DNA of 64,000 nt from Mobula hypostoma (Eukaryota): NCBI RefSeq assembly GCF_963921235.1, contig NC_086097.1, positions 78,742,001-78,806,000 on the forward strand, written 5' to 3'. Below, piece by piece: positions 25,679 to 35,294 of this stretch. The position numbers were made by a program, and so were the translations under genes. Numbering within the stretch: the stretch's first letter is position 1; the number at the start of each line of letters is the position of its first letter. A model generated the notes under the pieces. It did not search any database. It was not told where the DNA came from and saw only the letters and a program-made list of their open reading frames with translations.

Positions 25679-26900
25679 TGTCATGGTCCAGTCCGTGAAG
25701 ACCGTATTCCGCTTCACGGTCCGGTCCATCGACCCTTGCTCCAGGTTTTCCTATCTACCCTGTTTCTGTTCTTGTTGAGCTAATTGAGGCAGCTGATGCT
25801 CCTTGGGGCTGGCTGCATAAATACCTCCAGAGACCCAGGCATGGCTGCTGGATTGTTCTTGTCCTTACTGCTTGGATCCCTTGCTCTGCCTTCTGTTTCC
25901 TCGCCTGAAGCCCTGCCTTGTCTTGCCGGTAACTCTCGCCTCGCCTGAAGTTCTCATCTCGCCTCGCATTGCCTGAAGCTTTGCCTTGACTTGCTGGTAA
26001 CTCTCGCCTCGTCTCACCTGCAGTCTTGTCCCGGAGCCACCCTGTACCTAGCTCCCTTCCTGTCCCTTGCCTCCGTCGGGTAAGCCAGGCCGTCTCGCCA
26101 TTACAGGCAGTTGGTTCTGTCCCTTCCGATCCCATGCCTCCGTCAGGTGGTCATCCGCGCCCTGCCAGGTGAACCGTGCCCTGCCCCGGAGGAGCCTGTC
26201 TAGCCTCAAGCCTGAAGACTCCAACGTCACCTCGCCTCTAGTCTCCTGCCTCCAGCCTCCAGCCACGCCTCACCTCAAGTCTCCTGCCTCCAGCCTCCAG
26301 CCTTGCATCAAGACTCCAGCCTCCAGCCTCACCTCGCCTCGCCTCATCTCCTGCCTCCAGCCTCCTGCCTCGCCTCGCCTGAAGACTCCAGCCTCCTGCC
26401 TAGCCTCAAGCCTGAAGACTCCAGCCTCCTGCCTAGCCTCAAGCCTGAAGAGTCCAGCCTCTAGCCTCTAGCCTCTTGCCAAGCCAAGACAAGCATCTAG
26501 CCTCTAGCCTCTAGACTCAAACCTGAAGACTCCAGCCTCCTGCCTCCTGCCAAGCCTCACCTCTAACCTCAAGTCTGAAGACTCCAGCCTCCTGCTTCCT
26601 GCCAAGTTTTGCCTCTAGCCTCAGGCCTGAAGACTCCAGCCTCATCCTGCCTGCCTGCCAAGCCTCGTCCTTGCCAGGTTCTGGGGTCCGAGCTAGAGGC
26701 AAGACCCAGATACTGGGTCCTTGTACAGTCTCTGGCTCGGAATCTAAGCCCGGGCTCCTATCTCTCTTGTCCAGCCCTGTTCTAGGTTCCTGGTTTTCCT
26801 GTCCATGTCCTTGCCATCGCCCTGTATCCTAGTCCTGTCCCTAGTACTTCAGTGTCTGTGTCTTGTACTTGGGTCCATTCCCAGACACCGCCCTATAACA
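25679..26900 (+). mobile_element. LTR 1 of miniature non-autonomous Sushi/Tf1-type LTR element
   Basis: TGTCATGG...CCTATAACA termini; preceded by GTAAT; TATA-like CATAAATA at 25816; minisatellite interior; no CR1 insertion. Confidence 0.88.
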
Positions 26901-27061
26901 GAATGATCCAGCCAACCATGGACCCAGCGACACAGACACTGTCGTTTTCCTCTTGCCACCCGGGGTTCCTTTCTGTTACATACCCTCCCACCCGCCTGGG
27001 TCATCCATAGTCTGGATACCCTGTTTGGTTGCCAGGAAGTTCCCGTAGAGGAGGGGGTTAC
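26901..27061 (+). mobile_element. 161-bp internal region (PBS, gag-start remnant, polypurine tract)
   Basis: GAATGATCCAG right after the LTR; ATG GAC CCA GCG (MDPA); AGAGGAGGGGG just before the next TG. Confidence 0.85.
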
Positions 27062-28312
27062 TGTCATGGTCCGGTCCGTGAAGTCCGTATTCCGGTTCAC
27101 GGTCCGGTCCATTGACCCTTGCTCCAGGTTTTCCTATCTACCCTATTTCTGTTCTTGTTGAGCTAATTGAGGCAGCTGATGCTCGTTGGGACTGGCTGCA
27201 TAAATACCTTCACAGACCAGGGCGTGGCTGCTGGATTGTTCTTGTCCTTACTCCTTGTACCCCTTGCTCTGCCTTCTGTTTCCTGGTCTGAAGCCCTGCC
27301 TTGTGTTGCCAGTAGCTCTCGCCTCGCCTGAACTTCTCGTCTCGCCTTGCATTGCCTGAAGCCTTGCCTTGACTTGCTGGTAACTCTCGCTTCATCTTGC
27401 CTGCTGTCTTGTCCTGGAGCCACCCTGAACCTAGCTCGCTTCCTGTCCCTTGCCTCTGTCGGGTAAGCCAGGCCATCTCGCCATTACATGTGGTTGGTTC
27501 TGTCCCTTCCTGTCCCATGCCTCCGTCGGGTGGTGATCCGCGCCCTGCCCAGGTGATCCACGCTCTGCCCCGGAGGAGCCTGCCTAGACTCAAACCTAAA
27601 GACTCCAGCTTCACCTCGCTTCAAGTCTCCTGCCTCCAGCCTCCAGCCTCACCTCGCTTCAAGTCTCCTGCCTCCAGCCTTGCCTCAAGCCTCCAGCCTT
27701 CAGCCTCACCTTGCCTCAAGCCTCCAGCCTTCAGCCTCACCTCGCTTCAAGTCTCCTGCCTCCAGCCTCGCCTCGCCTGAAGACTCCAGCCTCCTGCCTC
27801 CTGCCAAGCCTCGCCTCTAGCCTCAAGCCAGAAGACTCAAGCCTCCTGCCTCCTGCCAAGCCTCGCCTCTAGCCTCAAGCCTGAAGACTCCAGCCTCACC
27901 CTGCCTGCCTTTCAAGCCTCGTGTTTGCCTGGTTCTGGGGTCCGAGCCAGAGGCAAGACCCAGGTACTGGGTCCTTGTGCAGTCTCTGGCTCGGAGTCCA
28001 TCCTGTCTCCTGCCAAGCCTCGCCTCTTAGCCTCAAGCCTGAAGACTCCAGATTCGTCCTGCCTGCCTGCCAAGCCTCGTCCTTGCCTGGTTCTGGGGTC
28101 CAAGCCAGAGGCAAGACCCAGCTACTGGGTCCTTGTCCGGTCTCTGGCTCAGAGTTCAAGCCCAGGCTCCTAGCTCCCTTGTCCAGTCCTGTTCCAGGTT
28201 CCTGGTTTTCCTGTCCATGTCCTTGCCATCGCCCTGTATCCTAGTCCTGTCCCTAGTACTTCAGTGTCTGTGTCTGGCACTTGGGTCCTTTCCCAGTCAC
28301 CGCCCTATGACA
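27062..28312 (+). mobile_element. LTR 2 of the miniature element
   Basis: TGTCATGG...CCTATGACA, followed by GTAAT matching 25674-25678; no CR1 insertion. Confidence 0.88.
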
Positions 28313-28825
28313 GTAATAGCATTTACGCTAACCGCTACGGTACAATGCTACCCTCTTTTCCTTTATTCTTTAGCTGCCAGTTTCTTTGCGAACTTTAATT
28401 TCTTCCTTTGGACCTGTATTGCCCTTCATAAAAAGTTTTTTTTAATAATGCAGCAATGTCATTTTTAGATAGTTTTTTTTGCAAGGAGATTGCAAGCTAC
28501 AGTGCGTAAAGTATATAATGGGATAATGTAAACCTATAATCTGAAGGAACAGAACATCTACCTGGGAGTCCACATCTCACACAACCTTTCATGGTCCCAG
28601 AACATATCCTTTGCAGTCAGGAAAGCCCACCGATACCTCTACTCTCTGAAGAGAACTGGACTTTGCATATTAATACTCTCGACCTCCTACAAATGCCAAG
28701 TTGAAAGCATCCTAACACTGTATGGCATGGAAACTGCACTGCTAATGGACAGGGCGGCCCAACATCAGGTAGTTAACACCACCCAATGCATCACCAACAC
28801 CAGCCTAATGGTCATCAAGGACAAA

Positions 28826-29395
28826 CACTCAGTGGCCACTTTATTAGATACGCCTGTACATCTGCCCGTTAATGCAAATATCTAATCAGCTTATCACATG
28901 GCAACAACCTAATGCATAAAAACATACAGATATGGTCAAGAGCTTCATTTGTTGTTCAGATCAAATGTCAGAATGGGGGGAAAATATGATTCCACTGACT
29001 TTGACAATGCAATGATTGTTGGAGACAGACGGGGTGGTTTCAGTATCTCAGAAATTGCCGAACTGCTGGGATTTCCACACACAACAGTCTCTGGAGTTTG
29101 CAGCGAATGCTGCAAAAAACACAGATACATCCAGTGAGCGGCAGTTCTGTTGGTAAAAATGCCTTGTTAACGAGAGAAATCAGAGGAGAATGGACAGACC
29201 GGTTGAAGCTGACACAAAGTTGACAGTAACTCAAGTAACCGCATATTACAATTGTAGTATGCAGAAGAGCATTTCTGAACACACAACACATCAGATCTTG
29301 AAGTGGATGGGCCACAGCAGCAGAAGATGGCAAACATACACTCAATGGCCTCTTGATTGGGTACAGAAAGTATTTAATAAAGTGGCCACTGAGTA
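28826..29395 (+). mobile_element. Internally deleted Tc1-like transposon
   Basis: TIRs CACTCAGTGGCCACTTTATTA / TAATAAAGTGGCCACTGAGTA; HTH remnant MIVGDRRGGFSISEIAELLGFPHTTVS. Confidence 0.85.
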
Positions 29396-30789
29396 TATGT
29401 AAGCCAATTTTACATATGTATGGCCACATTCAAACAGTAACTTCTATGTTTATTGGACTGTTTTTTATTTATATCTATTGAGTTCATTATTTATGCTGCA
29501 TTGGTTCCAGAATAACAATCATTTTGTTCTCCTTTACACTCTTATACTAAAGAATGACAATAAACAACTTTGAATTTTGAAATGGGCAATCGACATTTCA
29601 GGTCAAGACCCTTTTTCAGGAATAGGTCTTGATGAAGCATCTCAATTGTCCATTTCACTCCATAGATGCCGCCTGGCCTGCTGAAATCTGGGAATTCAAG
29701 AGAATTTCATGTAAATATTTAAACAATTATCATTACCATCACTTACCCTAATCTCTCATGGATGAAATATCGGTATACCAAGTTAATTTGCTGTGAACGC
29801 AAAGGAGAAAGGTGAAATACTCCAGCTGTACCCTGATACTATTTTACTATAAGTAGGTAATAATTTTAATCGACATGAGACATTTCAAAAAATCGCAATT
29901 GTGGGTGGTATATATTAACAAATTTGCTCATTGTGATAAAATTTCAAACTATCATATATGTAATAATGCATTAATATTTCTGCTTTTGTGTGAGTATGGT
30001 ACAGATTGAGTTGTTGAAATGCTTATGTTTATATTAACTATATGATCATTATCCTCAGAACTATGTGTGTAAATGTTGTGCACATATTTTCTGCCACGGT
30101 TCCTACTTTATATCATCGACTACACTTCAAGAGCACTCCATTGCCTAGGGTCAAGGAGGACACATTGTAAATTGAGTTCTATCTTTTCATCTAGTGTGCT
30201 GCTGTAATCATAATAATATTAAGTGCTCTGCTATCATGGGGGTTAAACCACATAATCCTTGGAAGCATGCACAGCAATTGCAGTGCTTGATTAAGCATGG
30301 TCATTTGTCTGCAACCTGCTCGAGAAAATGGTTTCACCATTCAGCTAGCACCATCTGCAGTGCTCTTTCACTGAACCACCTCGAACTGTTTTAAGCTAGT
30401 CTGTATTTCAAGGGCATGAGCACCACAACTTCACATTTTAGAATACTGCACTCGAGATCTTGAAGAGTAATTTGAGTAGACAAAAGCTATTCTATATTGT
30501 CGGGGGCGGGGCAGAAAGCCCTTTAGTTGCACTCTCAGAAGGTAATGGGAGAAGATAGCTTTCATTATCAGTAGTTAAGGACCCAGATTGAGTTCCAGAG
30601 TAAGTCTAATGACCTGAGAAGGATGGTCATGGGCATAGTAAATTTTGCAGGGAACCTAAAGGTCAGTTGTAAACCCTTCTGCAAATATGCAGAAAGAAAA
30701 AGGTTGGTGGTCAAATATAGGTCCATTGTCAATGATGGGGGAATTTCACAATGGAGAATAGTAAAGTAGCAGAGCAATTGAACAAATAT

Positions 30790-32178
30790 TAGAAACATAG
30801 AAAACCTACAGCACAATACAGCCCCTTCGGCCCACAAAGTTGTGCTGAACATGTCCCTGCCTTACAAATTACTAGGGTTACCCATAGCCCTCTATTTTTC
30901 TAAGCTCCATGTACCTATCCAAAAGTCTCTTAAAAGACCCTATTGTATCCACCTCCACCACCGTTGCCGGCAGCCCATTCCATGCACTCACCACTCTCTG
31001 AGTGAAAAACTTACCCCTGTCATCTCCTCTGTACCTACTCCCCAGCACCTTAAACCTGTGCCCTCTTGTGGCAGCCATTTCAGCCCTGGGAAAAAGCCTC
31101 TGACTATCCACATGATCAAAGCCTCTCATCATCTTATATTCCTCTATCAGATCATCTCTCATCCTCCGTTGCTCCAAGGAGAAAAGGCCAAATTAACTCA
31201 ACCTGTTTTCATAAGGCATGCTCCCCAATCCTGGCAACAAATTTGAAGGCTAGAGGAGAAAATGGCACCGCGACGCAGTTCGCAGCAGCCACTCCAGTGG
31301 TGATGTCTGTAATTTGTCAAGTAGGGTTCCGTGCACAATCCTGATTTGATGGAGACAGACGTGAGAGCATGGAGGAACATCTGGTGAAACTTCTGAAATG
31401 CCTGCTTTGCTGCTGTTGCTACTGTGTGGTCCAGAATCTCTGGAGGAGAAGGCCCCGAGTCCTTGGCTTTGCTTGTTGCTCAGCGGTCAGGTCGGGGTCG
31501 AAGCACTCGGCAGAGGATGTTGCTCGGAGAGGCTGTGTCGGAGGGGCTGGTCGGAGGCTCGAAGTTTTCGGACGGACTCAGAGTCGGCTGCAGTCGGGTG
31601 CTTCCAATGGTGCCGCATGGGCAGGTTGGCGGCGCTTGGAGGTTCATGGCAGGGAGAGTTTCTCCCTTCTGCCGCCTGCATGAGATGATGAGTCTATCGG
31701 GACTCTGAGACTTTTTTTTACTGTGCCCGTGGTCTGCTCTTTATCAAATTATGGTATTGCTTTGCATGGTTGTAACTATATGTTATAATTATGTGATTTT
31801 GTCAGTTTTAGTCTTGGTTTGTGCTGTGTTTTCTTATGATATCGTTCTGGAGGAACATAGTATCAGTTTTTAATGCATGCATTTCTAAATGACAATGTGA
31901 GGACTGAGTGTCCTCATAATCTAATGTAACCTAATCCTTGTAAATCTCCTCTGCACCCTTTCTATGGTTTCCACATCCTTCCCATAGTGAGGCGACCAGA
32001 ACTAAGCACAGTTCTCCAAGTGGGCTCTGACCAGGGTCCTATATAGCTGCAACATTACCTCTCGGCTCCTAAATTCAATTCCACGATTGATGAAGGCCAA
32101 TACACCGGATGCCTTTTTAACCACAGAGTCAACCTACGCAGCTGCATTGAGTGTCCTATGGACTCAGACCCCAAGATG
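30790..32178 (-). mobile_element. CR1 3' fragment containing a ~0.7-kb nested insertion (31240-31934), itself inside an older plus-strand CR1
   Basis: RMRDDLIEEYKMMRG...FFTQRVVSAWNGLP; (AGAAACAT)n tail; CR1 resumes GGCAACA|TCCTTGTAAATC across the insert. Confidence 0.8.
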
Positions 32179-33300
32179 CCTTGTCTTCACAGAAGAGAAG
32201 ACAAGTGAGGAAGCGAGCAAAGGATCAACTGAGGAAGCGAGCAAAGGAACGACAGAAGGAATTTAGACAAGTGTAAAGTGATGCACTTTCCAACATTTTA
32301 CACACAGGAATGGCAGGGCATGTTGTTGACTGAGGCAGCTTGGGGTACAAGTACATAGTTCCCCAGAAGGGCCAACACAGTCGACAAGGTGGTGACAAAA
32401 GCCTCGTGCCTCCAGCCTCGCCTCACCTCAGCTCTCCTGCCTCCAGCCTCCAGCCTCACCTAGCCTTAAGTCTCCTGCCTCCAGTCTCGCCTCGCCTCAA
32501 GTCTCCAGCCTCGCCTCACCTCAACTCTCCTGCCTCCAACCTCGCCTCGCCTGAAGACTCCAGCCTCCTGCCTAGCCTCAAGCCTGAAGACTCCAGCCTC
32601 CTGCCTAGCCTCTTGCCAAGCTGAGCCAAGCCTCTAGCCTCTAGCCTCAAGCCTCAAGCCTGAAGACTCCAGCCTCCTGCCTCCTGTCAAGCCTCACCTC
32701 TGGCCTCAAGCCTGCAGTTCTCATCTCGCCTTCCTGCCTCCTGTCAAGCCTCACCTCTGGCCTCAAGCCTGAAGTTCTCATCTCGCCTTGCATTGCCTGA
32801 AGCCTTGCCTTGACTGTATCCTAGTCCTGTCCCTAGTACTTCAGTGTCTGGGTCTTGCACTTGGGTCCATTCCCAGCCACCGCCCTATGACAGAACGATC
32901 CAGACAACCATGGACCCAGTGACACAGACACTGTTGCTTTCCTCTTGCGACCCGGGGTTCCTTTCTGTTACATACCTTCCCACCCACCCGGGTCGTCCAT
33001 ATTCTTGGGTACCCTGTTTGGTCGTCAGGAGGCTCCTGTAGAGGGGGGCGTACTGTCATGGTCCGGTCCGTCAACTCCGCATTCCGGTTCACGGTCCGGT
33101 CCATCGACCCTTGCTCCAGGTTTTCCTATCTACCCTGTTTCTGTTCTTGTCGAGCTAATTGAGGCAGCTGATGCTCTTTGGGGCTGGCTGCATAAATACC
33201 TGCATAAATAGCGTGGCTGCTGGATTGTTCTTGTCCTTACTCCTCGTAACCTTTGCTCTGTCTTTGGTTTCTGCCTTGCCTTGTCTTGCCGGTAACTCTC

Positions 33301-35294
33301 ATAGAAACATAGAAACATAGAAAATAGGTGCAGGAGTAGGCCATTCAACCCTTCGAGGCTGCACCGCCATTTATTATGATCATGGGTGATTATCCAACTC
33401 AGATCCCTGCCCCAGCCTTCCCTCCATACTCCCTGATCCCCGAAGCCACAAGGGCCATATCTAACTCCCTCTTAAATATAGCCAATGAACTGGCCTCAAC
33501 TGTTTCCTGTGGCAGAGAATTCCACAGATTCACCACTCTCTGTGTGAAGAAGTTTTTCCTCATCTCGGTCCGAAAAGGCTTCCCCTTTATCCTCAAACGG
33601 TGACCCCTCGTTCTGGACTTCCCAACATCGGGAACAATCTTCCTGCATCTAGCCTGTTCAATCCCTTTAGGATTTTATACGTTTCAATCAGATCCCCCCT
33701 CAATCTTCTGGATTCCAACGAGTACAAGCCCAGTTCATCCAGTCTTTCTTCATATAAAAGTCCTGCCATCCCAGGAATCAATCTGGTGAACCTTCTTTGT
33801 ACTCCCTCTATGGCAAGGATGTCTTTCCTCAGATTAGGGGACCAAAACTGCACACAATACTCCAGGTGTGGTCTCACCAAGGCCTTGTACAACTGCAGTA
33901 GTACCTCCCTGCTCCTGTACTCGAATCCTCTCGCTATAAATGCCAGCATACCATTCACCTTTTTCACCGCCTGCTGTACCTGCATGCCCACTTTCAATGA
34001 CTGGTGTATAATGACACCCAGGTCTCGTTGCACCTCCCCTTTTCCTAATCGGCCACCATTCAGATAATAATCTCTTTTCCTATTTTTGCCACCAAAGTGG
34101 ATAACTTCACATTTATCCACATTAAATTGCATCTGCCATGAATTTGCCCACTCACCCAACCTATCCAAGTCATTCTGCATCCTCTTAGCATCCTTCTCAC
34201 AGCTAACACTTCCACCCAGCTTCGTGTCATCCGCAAACTTGGAGATGCTGCATTTAATTCCCTCATCCAAGTCATTAATATACATTGTAAACATCTGGGG
34301 TCCCAGCACTGAGCCTTGCGCTACCCCACTAGTCACCGCCTGCCATTCTGAAAAGGTCCCGTTTATTCCCACTCTTTGCTTCCTGTCTGCTAACCAATTC
34401 TCTATCCACATCAATACCTTACCCCCAATACCGTGTGCTTTAAGTTTGCACACTAATCTCCTGCGTGGGACCTTGTCAAAAGCCTTTTGAAAATCCAAAT
34501 ACACCACATCCACTAGTTCTCCCCTATCCACTCTACTAGTTACATCCTCAAAAATTTCTATGGGATTCGTCGGACATGATTTTCCTTTCATAAATCCATG
34601 CTGACTTTGTCCAATGATTTCACCGCTTTCCAAATGTGCTGTTATCACATCTTTGATAACTGACTCCAGCAGTTTCCCCACCACCGACGTTAGGCTAACC
34701 GGTCTATAATTCCCCGGTTTCTTTCTCCCTCCTTTTTTAAACAGTGGGGTTACATTAGCCACCCTCCAATCCTCAGGAACTAGTCCAGAATCTAACGAGT
34801 TTTGAAAAATTATCACTAATGCATCCACTATTTCTTGGGTACTTCCTTAAGCTCTCTGGGATACAGACCATCTGGCCCTGGGGATTTATCTGCCTTCAAT
34901 CCCTTCAATTTACCTAACACCGCTTCCCTACTAACATGTATTTCGCTCAGTTCCTCCATCTCACTGGACCCTCTGTCCCCTACTATTTCTGGAAGATTAT
35001 TTATGTCCTCCTTAGTGAAGACAGAACCAAAGTAATTATTCAATTGGTCTGCCATGTCCTTGCTCCCCATAATCAATTCACCTGTTTCTGTCTGTAGGGG
35101 ACCTACATTTGTCTTTACCAGTCTTTTCCTTTTTACATATCTATAAAAGCTTTTACAGTCAGTTTTTATGTTCCCTGCCACTTTTCTCTCATCATCTTTT
35201 TTCCCCTTCCTACTTAAGCCCTTTGTCCTCCTCTGCTGAACTCTGAATTTCTCCCAGTGCTCAGGTGAGACACTTTTTCTGGCTAATATGTATG
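33301..35294 (-). mobile_element. 5'-truncated CR1 (RT only), unit 1
   Basis: ORFs 34828-35331, 33593-34828, 33399-33596; YLDFQKAFDKVP, QGSVLGP, KFADD; two frameshifts. Confidence 0.95.

Larger units (their letters stand above)
28313..32402 (+). repeat. Segmental duplicate, copy A (direct repeat of 54723-59157)
   Basis: Colinear and nearly identical to copy B apart from ~39-bp and 320-bp deletions. Confidence 0.95.
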
